Part shown: positions 50,761 through 62,880 of the stretch, one piece after another
Numbering within the stretch: the stretch's first letter is position 1
How the letters are laid out: the number at the start of each line of letters is the position of its first letter
From: Mobula hypostoma
Lineage: Eukaryota
NCBI RefSeq assembly: GCF_963921235.1
Contig: NC_086097.1
Span: 11,966,001-12,030,000, forward strand
Direction of reading: 5' to 3'
DNA length: 64,000 nt
Program-made: the position numbers and the translations under genes
Notes under the pieces: generated by a model
The model's input: the letters and a program-made list of their open reading frames with translations, nothing else
What the model was told of the DNA's origin: nothing
Databases searched by the model: none

Positions 50761-51739
50761 CAGCTATAAAAATAGCAGTCAATCACACAGGCCCATGAAA
50801 CTGTTCAGCCAGATGAACTCTCTGGCCAGTTCCTGATTTCCTTGTATCTACAGATTTACCTCGTGTCCTGATACTCCTCCTCAGAGAAGTCTAATGTTCT
50901 CGGATTTTTACATTTTAAATGACACATCATCCTTAGAAGGAGCAATTTAGAAGTCAGAGAAGGACAAGAGGATTTAGCAGGGTAAAATATAATTAATATT
51001 TTAGATTTGTTTGAAAACAAATGATTGGTCTAACATAGCCGTCGCATACAGGTCTATATCCAGACACAGACTTTATTCCAGCATTTACAGAACCAAAAGA
51101 ACAATTTGTAGTTATATAATCCCTTTCACGTGTCTTTCAGAGCACTCCAAAAAGCTTTACAGTCAATGAGAGAGATTTGAAGCATTATCACTGGAAGCAA
51201 GACCAAAAATCACCTCAGAGTAAGTCCTCACCAAATTGTGATGTGAGAGCTCTGAGTTCCCTTCTTCTTCCCTTTCACCCAATGTCCATTCTCCTTTCCA
51301 ATCAGATTCTTCCTTCTCCTGCCCTTGTATTTTCCCACCCACTTGTCTTCACCTTATAGCTATCCTCCTTCCCCTTCCCCTCACCTTTTTACTTTGATAT
51401 CTTTCCTCTTTTTTCAGAGTTTTCAGTTCAATCCCAGCATACTCTTTAAGGAGTTTGTTCGTCCTCCCTGTGGAATGTGTGGGTTTCCTCCCACAGTCCA
51501 AACACGTACTAGTTAGTAGGTTAATTGATCATTGCAAATCGATGTGATTAGACTAGTGTTAAATAGACGGATTGCTGGGTGCTGCGGCTCATTGGGACAG
51601 AAGGGCCCATTTTGCGACGTATTTTAAAATAAATAAATACGCAAATAAATAAAATTAAGTATAAACAAAGCTAGCCTGCCCTCAGCAATTAAACTCTTTA
51701 AACCTACAAGCCATGTCACACCACGATTGGCACGTTCAA

Positions 51740-52230
51740 CTGAATCAGAATCAGGTTTAATATCACTTGGCCTATATTGTTAAATTTGTTTAAATTACAA
51801 TAAGAAATATGTATTAAAAATTAAATAAGAAGTCCAAAAAGAGAAAAAGAAATAGTGAGGTATTGTTCATGGGTTCATTGTCCATTCTGAAATCTGATGG
51901 TGGAGGGGAAGAAGCTATTCCTGAAACGTTGGATGTGTGTCTTAAGGCTCCTGTATCTCCTCCTTGATGGCAGCAATGAGAAAAGGGCATATCTTGGGCG
52001 ATGGGGGTCTTTAATGATGGGTGCCACCTTCTTGAGGGTGTCCTCGATGCTGGGAAGGCTAGTACCCACAATGGAGCTGGCTGAGTTTACAACTTTCTGC
52101 AGCCTTTTCCAATCCTGTGCGGTGACCCCTCCATACCAAATGGGGATGCGACCGGTTAGAATGCTCTGCACAGTACATATGTAGGAATTTGTAAGAGCCT
52201 TCAGTCACAAATAACGTCTCCTCAGACTCT
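51740..52230 (-). mobile_element. Rex1/Babar-like 3' part
   Basis: ORF 51875-52171 SILTGRIPIWYG...RRYRSLKTHIQRFRNSFFPSTIR. Confidence 0.88.
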
Positions 52231-54207
52231 TACTGAAATGTTTTGAGGACATCATTTAAAAAAAAATTGAGGCAGGATTTAAATTTCTGCATGGATTGAG
52301 TTCTGAATAGTGCAGTGTTGAAAAAGTCCAGTGCGAACAAAAATGGTTGCATTAATAGGACCTGGTTTGGTTTCAAGCTGGGCTCCGAAACAAGACAGAA
52401 GACTGTGGAGATGAGCCAGATTTCTGATTCAAACCATAGATATTGGTGGTGATACCAGACGATGGCACAATGATTCAAATTCAGTGGGCTAAAGCCATTT
52501 GAAACCGAAGGAAACGGAGTGTCCCCAGCAGCAGTGTAACTGGGCTGAAAATCACGGTACTCTGCCCTGAAGTGCGATAATTCACTTCCTCCATTTCTGC
52601 GAGGTGTCCCAGTTAGCAGCTGAGAACTGCTGAAACTCCTGACACGTATGGCTGGCAGACTGGAGTGTCAGCCACAGATGGGACTCGAACCTGTGACTGC
52701 TGTGGTGTGAAATAAAAGCTCAAATGTTTTGATTGATAATTAAGCTTGTATTTTCCTTGAAGGTTGTTTAGCTTTCAAAATGAACTCCTGAATAACAAAA
52801 TTTTAGGATGAATATACTTCAGTCGACAGAAAATAACTTTGCTAAAAACAAAACGTGAACTTTTTATCGACTGAATCTTGAGAAACTTATTAACAATTCA
52901 TCATCCCACTGTTAGTAATTGGTTTAAAGCTGGTACATTGATGTGAATTGCTCTTCTGTAAAGCTAACAGTTACCTCTTTTCAATATATAATACAACAAA
53001 GTACAGAACATTGATCTGCTTAGAAGGCTACCTTTGGTCACTAAAGTCAATGGAATTATAAAGCTACTGCAATGTAGGAGCCTGTTTTCAACATTGTGAG
53101 AATGGGATACTTAAAAAAAAGGACATAAGCAAATCAAAACTGTTTTTTAAACCTTCCAATTTTAGAGCCTTTTTTTAAACAGCAGTTCATCCTCCAACAT
53201 AGATAACCAAAATAAAATTGCTGGTTGTTATTTTTTGATCATTTCAAATAGGACATTAGTAAGTGGAAATAACTCCAAATCAGACTCGGGTTTAATATGA
53301 CTGGCAAATGTTGTGAAATGTGTTAACTTTGCATTATCACTGCAATGCATGATAGTGTAGAAAAAAACTGAATTACTGTAAGTATAGATTATGTATCTTA
53401 AAAAGTCAAATTAAGATAAGTCGTGCAAAAACAGAAATTTAAAAAACTAGTAGTGAGGTAGTGTGCATGGGTTCAATGCCCATTCAGAAATTGGATGGCG
53501 AAAGGGAAGAAGCTGCTCCTGAATCGCCAAGTGTGTGACTGTGGGAGTTCTTATTTTATTGCTGATTTTTCTGCTTCAATCTATCATTCTGGCTTGGAAG
53601 AAAGAGCCCAATGTCTTTTATATTCAGATACAGAACGGAGATTAGTTTACTCAGTGACCTACCCTGGGTACTATGTGTGGAGAGAAAGAGTAAGTGATAT
53701 CTCATTTTTGACATTCTAATCATACTCTTGCTTTAGCTTTCCTGGGTGCTACACTGGGAATATATGTCCCCTGGCATTGCGACAATGATATGTATCCAAG
53801 TCTTTATGTTATACTGATGAAATTCAATCACTCATTACTACGAGAGTGCAATATATGAGAGTCTTTGGCAGCGCACTGGTGATGCATGCACCATCACTGC
53901 CAATCTAGCAGCAACCCTTAGTCCCAGTACTTGGATGTATAGTGGATTATGTACCTCCGCTTCTGCAGGTTTAGTCATGACATATGTCTGAGCTTCTCTA
54001 ACACACAGAGAGAGTCTTCTCCACTCTGTCAAACATATCATAAAAACTGAATTTCAAATTTACAGTTCTGAATTTTAAACTTTCCCATCTAAAGATCGAG
54101 CTTCTCTGAAGGCTTGTTTCAACTTGAATTCTTGTATGATTGGTTACATGAGATTCTGTCCTCTGCACTTCACCATCTTCTGACATTTCCACAAGGGTCA
54201 ATGAATG

Positions 54208-54500
54208 GTTGGCACGGTAGTGTAGTGGTTAGCACAATGGTTTACTGTACCAGTACCAGCGACCTGGGTTCAATTCACACCACTGCCTGTCAGGAGTTTG
54301 TATGTTCTCTCCTTGAAAACATGGGTTTCTTCCAGTTATTCTAGTTTCCTCCTACAACCTACACATCGATTGGTAGGTTAATTGGTCATTGTAAATTGTC
54401 CTGTGATTAGGCTAGGATTAAATTTGGATGTTTCTGGGCAGTATGGTTCAATGGACCGGACGGGCCTACGCTGCTCCATATCACAATAAGTTAAAGAATA
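54208..54500 (+). mobile_element. V-SINE (HE1-like)
   Basis: tRNA head, V-domain, tail. Confidence 0.85.
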
Positions 54501-54775
54501 AACGGATGCGCAATACTGGTCTTTGTCTAAGAATTGGAGGAATAAGTTCAACTCCCAGCATGGGAACTAGGAACTAGGTACAAAATATTCCTGTAGTCTG
54601 TGTGAATCGGCTAGTTTAACAGAGTTTATTAATTTGGATTTTGAGCATCGATACCATCATTTAATGCTCATCCTGTCCCTAAACTTTTATTCCTGATTTA
54701 CTTCATTGTCTACACTTAGTTCTCCAAAGGCTAAGAGAAATATGGTGAGTGGAAAAATATCAGATTGTCATAGAA

Positions 54776-54883
54776 ACAACACACATCAAAGTTGCTGGTG
54801 AACGCAGCAGGCCAGGCAGCATCTATAGGAAGAGGCGCAGTCGACGTTTCAGGCCGAGACCCTTCGTCAGGACTAACTGACTA
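54776..54883 (-). mobile_element. 108-bp PLE pLTR-derived insertion
   Basis: Exact 12-bp TSD attgtcatagaa (54764-54775 / 54884-54895); near-identical to 57897-57992. Confidence 0.9.
54838..54875 (-). ncRNA. Minimal type I hammerhead ribozyme, intact core
   Basis: TAGTC-CTGACGA-AGGGTCTCGGCCT-GAAA-CG-TC^GACTG; predicted cut between 54843 and 54842. Confidence 0.8.
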
Positions 54884-55224
54884 ATTGTCATAGAACACCC
54901 TTTTGATTCACCGATGCTCTTTGGTGATGTAATTCAACCATCGCTACCCAGTATGTGACTCATAAACAATGACAATGTGATGGGTTCTTTACTGCATCTG
55001 ATATAGCACAAATATCCTCTAACTCTGGGGTGGTTTGGGAAGAGAATTAAATTCTTGCTTTGACAGTGACATGGATGTCCCAGTTTTGAATAAACAAAAA
55101 AATGGTGAAACTGGCAGGAGTCAGTGACAAAGGAGATTCTGCAGGTGCTGGAAATCCAAAGCAACACACACAAAATGCTGGAGGAACTCAGCAGGTCAGG
55201 CAGCATCTATGGAAATGAATAAAG

Positions 55225-56265
55225 TTTTCATAGATGTGCAGTGGAAAGTATACTGACTGGTTACATTACGGCTTAGTATGGAAACACCAAAACCCTTGAA
55301 TGGGAGAGTCTATCAAAACTAATGGATAGAGCCCAGTCCATCACAGGTAAAGCCCTCCCCACCATTGAGTACATCTACAAGGAGCGCTGTCGCAGGAAAG
55401 CAGCATCAATCATTAAGGACACACCACACAGGCCATGCTCACTTCTCATTGCTGCCATCAAGATGGAAGTATAGGAGCCTCAGGACGCATACCACCGGGT
55501 TCAGGAATAGTTATTACCCTTCAACCATCAAGCACTTGAACCAGAGGGGTAACTTCACTCACCCCATCACTGAACTGATTCCAGAATCTATGGACTCACT
55601 TTCGAAGAGCCCTCGTCTCATGTTTCCAATATTTATTGTTTACTTATCTATTGTTATTTTGTTTTTTTTTGTGTATTTGCACAGTTTGGTATATTTCGCA
55701 CATTAATATGTTGCACCATCTTGTGTGCAGTTTTTCATTGATAATGTGATTCGTTGCATTTACTGTGAATACCGGCAAGAAAATGAATCTCAGGGTGGCT
55801 TATGATTACATATTGTTGTTCGTCCATCGTTGATGTCGATGAGGACCTCGACACCATTATGATGGTGTCGAGACTAACGCGTGACTTGGATTTAAGTGAG
55901 GGAGAGTTGCACAGCGTCAGCCTCACTCTCTCTTCCCAATTCCCATCTGGGTCCAGTGGCAAGACAGAGTCTAGACGGCTGGAGATGGGACTAGGCGCAG
56001 TGGATGACCAGGACATCTTCTGTGTCTTGTCCTGCTCTACACGTTCCACAACGCTTGCAGAGACCGCCTTCTTGACCATTGGACCTTCCATTGGTCTTGT
56101 CCGCTCAATCCGCCGGAGTCTGTCTTCACATGCTGGGATAGACAACTCCCTATCTCACCCAGGATTTGAAACCCGTCGGCTACCCTCACCTGGTTTAGCC
56201 GGCTTGTCGAAGCCGTTGCCCGTTGATTACATATATATACTTAGGTAATAATTCTACTTTGAACT
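55225..56265 (+). mobile_element. Rex1/Babar-like 3' part interrupted by an RTE-related insertion
   Basis: SRWKYRSLRTHTTGFRNSYYPSTIKHLN (ORF 55365-55706). Confidence 0.8.
55814..56223 (-). mobile_element. Short non-autonomous RTE-related element, family C (young)
   Basis: Exact 11-bp TSD tgattacatat; 3' end catcgacatcaacgatggacgaacaacaa; CpG-rich. Confidence 0.8.
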
Positions 56266-56694
56266 CAGAGTTTCGGGCTGAAACCCTTCATCAGAACTGA
56301 AATCAGCAATCTGTGACATTTGTAGCCAAACTGATTCACCGAGACTACAGGAACATTCGATATATATCGCTAGGGCGCCTAAGACTTTTCACAGTACTGT
56401 ATTAGTCAATGTGGAGTGGAGAGCGAATTTGTAAATCTGGTGGAAGCAAAGGATGTTGGGAATAGTGAGGGTGAAGTGTTAAGGGTAGGGGCATGGGACA
56501 GGTGGCAAAGAAGGAGTGACTGGGACAGGGGGTAGCGCAAGTGCAGACACACCCGGCCCTGAGACACCAGGCAAGGTCATTTGATTCTAATAGTTTGTTT
56601 ATTGATCATTGTAGAATATCTCTCTGGGTGCTTTGTGCTTGCTCCCCTCTATCTTCTGCTTTTCTCAACCAAGATTCCCCTCTCCCTGACCCCT

Positions 56695-56888
56695 TTGTCA
56701 TTGGCTATATTTAAGAGGGAGTTAGATATGGCCCTTGTGGCTATGGGGGTCAGGGGGTATGGAGGGAAGGCTGGGGCGGGGTTCTGAGTTGGATGATCAG
56801 CCATGATCATAATAAATGGCAGTGCAGGCTCGAAGGGCCGAATGGCCTACTCCTACACCTATTTTCTATGTTTCTATGTTTCTATGTT
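56695..56888 (+). mobile_element. CR1 3' end (same subfamily as 9775)
   Basis: LAIFKRELDMALVAMGVRGYGGKAGAGF*; (tttctatg)3. Confidence 0.92.
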
Positions 56889-57008
56889 TCCCATTCCCAG
56901 TCCGCAATGGAGCCCCATATCAGAATCAACTTTATCATCACTCGCATATGTCATGATATTTGGTTTTGTTTTTGTGGCAGAAAAACAGTGCAATACATAA
57001 AATTATTA

Positions 57009-57075
57009 CAGTACGGTGCAAACGTCTTAGGCACCATAGCAATACATACATATCTAAGACTTTTGTACAATACTG
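57009..57075. mobile_element. Tc1/mariner-type MITE (67 bp)
   Basis: TA-CAGTACGGTGCAAACGTCTTAG...CTAAGACTTTTGTACAATACTG-TA; related half copy at ~56372-56401. Confidence 0.75.
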
Positions 57076-57950
57076 TAAATCCACAGTGCTGGTAAAACTG
57101 TGAAGGTAAGTAGTACTAAATTTTTCAATTCCAGTGGACTAAATTGTTTAATAAATGTAAATAAATTTGTAAGCAACGGGGCTGTCTCTTAAGTATTTGA
57201 ATAAGTTATTAATTAGAAGCAGAACTGTACCCATCAATGTGTGTGGTAAGAAAGCAAATATAATTACTTAATAAAATAATGTAAGATAAAACAAATCAGC
57301 AATACTGAATACATGCCACAAATATTTCACAGTTTGTAAAAAGCTATAATGCTGCTGATTCATTTCTGTATCTAAATATAAATCCTCATATTCCACAATT
57401 AGATATTGGTTTTGAAATTGCTTTTAATGGAATTGAGATCTGAGTTAATCTCGAGCTCAATTTGTAGTAATTCCATTGAAATATATTCCACTTTGTACTG
57501 ACAAAATAACGGTAAGTTATTTCTTATTTGCTGCCAACGCTGCTCTCGTTGCCATTTTATTGAATAGGTGGAAAGACACCTCATCTGATATCAGAATCAG
57601 AACCAGATTCAGAAGCAAAATCAGATTCAGGTTCAATATCGTTGGCACACCTTGTGAAATGTGTTGTCTCTGCGGCAGTGGTACAATGCAATACATAAAA
57701 ATAAAAATAATGACCGACTTACAGAAAGTATAAATATATTAAATAGTTAAATAAGTAGTGCAAAAATAAAAATAAAAATGTCGTGAGGTAGCGTTCATGG
57801 GTTTAATATCTGAAGGCAGAGAGAAAGAAGCTGTTGAGTGTGTGGCTTCAGGCTCCTGTACCTCCTTCCTGATGAGAACAGCGTAAGTCCTCGGTGCATC
57901 AAAGTTGCTGGTGAACGCAGCAGGCCAGGCAGCATCTCTAGGAAGAGGTA

Positions 57951-57988
57951 CAGTCGACGTTTCAGGCCGAGACCCTTCGTCAGGACTA
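57951..57988 (-). ncRNA. Minimal type I hammerhead ribozyme, intact core
   Basis: TAGTC-CTGACGA-AGGGTCTCGGCCT-GAAA-CG-TC^GACTG. Confidence 0.8.
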
Positions 57989-58029
57989 ACTGAAGGAAGA
58001 GAAAATCTCTTACTCACTCTTCCTTCAGT

Positions 58030-58067
58030 TAGTCCTGACGAAGGGTCTCGGCTTGAAACGTTGACTG
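58030..58067 (+). ncRNA. Minimal type I hammerhead ribozyme, variant
   Basis: TAGTC-CTGACGA-AGGGTCTCGGCTT-GAAA-CG-TT^GACTG (GUU triplet, weakened stem II). Confidence 0.7.
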
Positions 58068-58404
58068 TACCTCTTCCTAGAGATGCTGTCTGGCCTGCTG
58101 CGTTCACCAGCAACTTTGATGTGTGTTGCTTGAATTTCCAGCATCCGCAGAATTCCTGTTGTTTAAGTCATGGGTGACTGGTTTCCTTAATGATGGATGC
58201 CGCCTTTTTGAGGCATTGCTCCTTGAAGATGTCCTGGATACTATTGAGGTTAGTACCCATGATGGAACTGTCTAAGTTTACAACTTTCTGCAGCTTATTT
58301 TGATCCTGTGCAACGCGGCCCCGCCCCCATTACCGGATGCGATGCAGCCAGTTAGAATGCTCTTTACAGTACACCTGTAGAAAACTGTTGAATATCCTGA
58401 TTAT

Positions 58405-59205
58405 TCACGACGCTACTGCCACACACAGCTCAAATTCGCAGATGACACAATTTTGATTGGCCTTATTTCTAGCGGTAATGAGACAGCCGACAGAGAAGAA
58501 GCTGACACCCTGACACAGTGGTGCCAGGATAACACCCTCACTCTCAATGTCTAAAAAACAAAAGAGCTGTTTGTGGATTACAGGAGGAATGGAGACAGGC
58601 TTGGGCCTGATCAACATCAATGGGTCTGCAGTTGAGAGGGTGAATAGTTTCAAGATCCTCAGTATACATACACGTCACTGGTTATCTCACCTGGACTGTT
58701 CACACCAGCTTTCTGACAAAAAAAGCACAACAGCATCCCTTCCATTTCAGGCGACTGAAGAAGTTCGGCATGAGCCCCCATATCCTCAAGACCTTCTACA
58801 GGGGCACCATTGAAAGCATCCTGACTGGCTGTATCACCACCTGGTACGGGAACTGCACCAACCTTGATCACTGGGCTCTTCAGAGAGTGGTATGGACAGC
58901 CCAGCGCATCTGTGGATGTGAACTTCCCTCCATTGAGGACACTTATAACAGCAGGTGCAGAAAGAAGGCCTGGAAGATCATCAGGGACACCAGTCACCCC
59001 AACCATAAACTGTTTCAGCTTCTTCTGTCTGGCAAACGCTACCACAGCATTCAAGCCAGGACCAACTGGTCACAGGACAGCTTCTCTCTACAAGCCCTTA
59101 GACTTTTAAATTTATATGTCTGTGCATTGCAGTGGAGTTATAACATAAAGATTTTTACTCCCTCACTTGGTTGGATGTAAGATTTAGATAAATTCTAAAT
59201 TCTAT
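58405..59205 (+). mobile_element. Rex1/Babar LINE, 5'-truncated within the RT
   Basis: KFADDTILIGLI...WCQDN; ORF 58770-59180 FYRGTIESILTGCITTWYG; (aaattct) tail. Confidence 0.9.
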
Positions 59206-59289
59206 TCTTTCCAAATGGCTTTGTTTCTTAGTTAGAGCAGCCATTTCTGGGGTTAACTATTTAGACACCCCAATTAACAATATTTTATT

Positions 59290-59630
59290 TTATTTAGGGA
59301 TACATTGCAGAACAGACCCTTCCGGCCCAACAAGTTGCGCCACCCAGCGACCTACCTATTTAACACCAGGTCCAGTCACAGAACAATTTACAATGACCAA
59401 TTAACTTACTAACTGGTAGCAAGCACCCAGCAACCCACCTATTTAACACTGGGTCTAGTCACAGAACAACTTACAATGACCAATTAACTTACTAACAATT
59501 AACTTACTAACTGGTGGGTTTTTTGTACTATGGGATGAAACTGGTGCGCCCGGAACTAAATCCACACAGGCATCACTGGGAGAACATACCAACACCTTAC
59601 AGACAATGCTAGGATTGTAGTCTGAACTCT
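59290..59630 (-). mobile_element. V-SINE with internal tandem duplication
   Basis: ~80-bp block repeated at 59341 and 59424. Confidence 0.8.
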
Positions 59631-59911
59631 TGGTATTCATAAAAACATGGCATTCAAATTGCAGAATAAAATCAAACAAATATCCAATTGGCCAGTATGC
59701 AGATCTTTTGGAGATGTAACTATGGATAGTATTACACCCAGAGGTAAACCAATTCCTTTGAGTTTATAATAAAATCTATTTTTACATTTGATTGTGTTGT
59801 GTAGTTTCAGTTTCTTCCCATTCTTCTGGAGAAAACATGGGCAAATAAGACTAGATTAGTTGGGTCTTGGTTGGCATGGAAGAGTTGGACCAATCGACCT
59901 ATTTATTCATG

Positions 59912-60194
59912 TGGCGTGTGGCCAAGTGGTTAAGGCATTGGTCTAGTGATCTGAAGGTCACTAGTTCGAGCCTCAGCTGAGGCAACGTGTTGTGTCCTTG
60001 AGCAAGGCACTTAATCACACGTTGCTCTGCGACGACACCAGTGCCAAGCTGTATGGGTTCTAGTGCCCTTCCCTTGGACAACCTCGGTGGCGTGGAGAGG
60101 GGAGACTTGCAGCATGCCAACTGCTGGTTCCATACAACCTTGCCCAGGCCTCAGTTATCATCGAGAATCGATGGACAGCCAAAGAGAGAAAGAG
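59912..60194 (+). mobile_element. tRNA-head CORE-like SINE, copy 2 (alternative tail)
   Basis: Body matches 23751; tail catcgagaatcgatggacagcc plus (GA)-rich end; imperfect TSD atttattcatg/attatttcatg. Confidence 0.88.
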
Positions 60195-60224
60195 ATTATT
60201 TCATGACTCTGTGACAACACATTA

Positions 60225-61065
60225 TCAGAATAAGAATTAGGTTTAGTATCACCAGCATATGTTGTGAAATTTATTAAATTTTGGTAATGGTACTATGCAA
60301 TACAGGATAATAGAGAAATAAAAGAAAACTGAATTACTATATATATATATGTATACATAAGATAGTTGAATTAACTAAGTAAACTAAGTAGTGCAAAAAT
60401 AGGAAACAAAAATTAGTGAGGTAGTGTTCATGGGCTCACTGTCCATTCAGAAATTGCGTATTGCATGGCAGAGAGGAAGAAGCTGTTCCTGAATCATTCA
60501 GTACGTGCCTTCAGATATCTGTCCCTCCTTCCTGATGGTACCAATGAGAACAGAGCATGTCCTGGGTGATGGAGACTCCTTAATGATGGATGCCTGCGTT
60601 CTGAGGCACAGTTCCTTGAAGATGTCCCAGACACTACAGAGGCTAGTGCCCATGATGGAGCTGACTAATTTTACAACTCTCTACAGCTTACTTTGATTCT
60701 GTGCAGTAGCCTCCTCCCATACCAGAGAGTGAGGCAGCCATTTAGAATGCTCTCTAAGGTACATCTGTAGGAACTTCGAATGTTTTTGATGACATACCAA
60801 ATCTCCTCAATCTCCTAATGAAATATAGCCGCTGTTCTGTCTTCTTTGTAACTGCATCGATATGTTGGGTCCACGTTAGATCTTCAGGGATATTGACACC
60901 CAGGAACTTGTAATTGCTTGCTCTCTCCACTTCTGATCCCTCTATGAGGATGGTGTGTGTTCCTTTGTCTTACCTTTCTGAAGTCAACAATCAGTTCTTT
61001 TGCCTTACTGACACTGAGTGCAAGGTTGTTTCTGTGACACCTCTCAACTAGCTGGTATATCTCTG
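60225..61065 (-). mobile_element. Rex1/Babar-like 3' part
   Basis: Alignable to 50006-50760. Confidence 0.82.
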
Positions 61066-62154
61066 CTCACTTATTGAAGACTGCTCTGGCACTGTAAGGG
61101 TATTGTCCTGATAATTGCAAATTATGGAAATAGAATCTCATTGTTCCTGGGTGATGGTATTACTATTGGTTTATAATTGTACTAGGATACAATGAAAAGC
61201 TTGTTTTGTATACTGTTCATACAGATCTATTCAGTACATTGAATAAGCTAAAACAATATAGAATAAGGAAAAACAATAAAAATGCAGAATGAAATGTAAA
61301 AACTACTGAAGAGAGCAGTGCAAGTAAACAATCATAACAAGATAGATTATAAGACATACAAGTGATTCAAAGATCAAAGTACATTTATTATCAAAATACA
61401 CATGCGCTATACAGTCCTGAGATTTGTCTTCCCACAGACAGCCGCGAAACAAAGAAAACCATGGAACTCATTCAAAGAAAAACATCAAACCCCTCCCCAC
61501 ACCTAATAAAAAATAAATTGCACAAATGGCAACAAAAACCGACTGAAGACACAGAATATAAGACACCAACCCGCAAAGTCCTCAAAAGAGCCTAGGCATA
61601 TTCAGTTCAGCTCAGTTCAATCTTATGTTGTGTTGTTCGTTATCTGCAGGCCACCCCAATCAGGTCTAATCTAGTCTTATCACAGTGTGATGGAAGTTGC
61701 CCCTGAGCCTGGTGGTACATGCTTTCAGGCTTCTAAATCTTCTGCCTGATGGGGAGGCAAGAAAAGAAAATGTCCAGGGTGGGTGAAGTCTTTGATTATG
61801 CTGGCTACTTTACTGAGGCAGTGAGAAGTATAGACAGAGTCCACGAGGGGAAGCTTGTTTATGTGATGTGCTGAGCTGGGTCCACAAATCTCTGCAGTCT
61901 CTTGCAGTTACATGTAGTCACCAATTTATTAAGCAAATTCCCTGTGCTATCCACTCTGTCATATGCAGAGTGGGAAGTATTAGCGTGGCTAGCTGGAGAG
62001 GGTATTTTGTAGTTTCCTCGTTACCTTAAAATATTTTTCACTATTCAATTTAGTATGCAAATTCAGTTGAACATCTTATTATTCAGTTTATTTCATTATT
62101 TTTTTGCACTTCTTAATACTTGAGTTTTATTTATTTGCTTTTAATTATTAAGTA

Positions 62155-62450
62155 TATTTACTTTATTTAGAAAAACAGAGTGAAACATGCCCCTCCAGCC
62201 CAACAAGTCACACCACCCAGCAACCCACCTATCTAACCTTAGCTTAATCACTGGACAACTTACAATGACCAATTCACCTATGAACCAGGAAGTCTGGGAA
62301 CGTGGGAAGAAACAGGAGCATCTGAAGGAAAGACATACAGTTATGGGGAAATCATACAAATTCCTTACAGATGGTACCAGAATTGAACTCCGAACTCTGA
62401 TGCCCTGAGTTGTAATAATGTTGAACTAACCACTATGCTACCCAGCTGCC
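62155..62450 (-). mobile_element. V-SINE (HE1-like)
   Basis: Reverse-complement head, V-domain and tail. Confidence 0.82.
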
Positions 62451-62577
62451 CTACAATACAATCAACTTCAAATTTCACAGCTGCTGCAACTTTTCTCGTT
62501 CTGTTTTATCCGTTGTGTTATTTATCTGCCTTATCCCACAATATGCTTTTCTTGTTACACAAATCCTTACAGTAGGG

Positions 62578-62659
62578 CAGGGGTTCCCAACCTGGGCTCC
62601 ACTGACCCCTCCATTACTGGTAGGGGTTCATGGCATTAAAAAAAAGGTTGGGAACCCTG
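62578..62659. mobile_element. hAT (Charlie-like) MITE
   Basis: TIRs CAGGGGTTCCCAACCT / AGGTTGGGAACCCTG; degenerate 8-bp TSD with central TA (cagtaggg/ctataagg). Confidence 0.75.
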
Positions 62660-62880
62660 CTATAAGGCAATCACGAATGACCTTCCATTCCCATTTTTAT
62701 CGAAATCTGAAAACTAGAATCCTGTCTTCAGCTATTTTGAAACCATGTATTGACGTAAACTATCCAAACTCCTTTTCTATTTAACATAACAAATAGAATT
62801 AGGAAAACAGCGTACTGTATGTTAGGTGTGTATTTAATATTTCAGTAGTGTTTGAGTAATATTGTAAATATGTTGTTGAT

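Larger units (their letters stand above)
57897..58163. mobile_element. Foldback PLE-derived insertion inside a minus-strand Rex1 (57590-58400)
   Basis: Arms 57897-58001 and 58017-58121 are inverted with 3 mismatches; TSD taagtc(c/a)t(c/g)ggtg. Confidence 0.92.

Noticed and set aside
53628..53689. Possible exon (ttcAG...GTAAGT)
   Set aside because: 62 nt, short pyrimidine tract, no recognisable peptide; expected by chance
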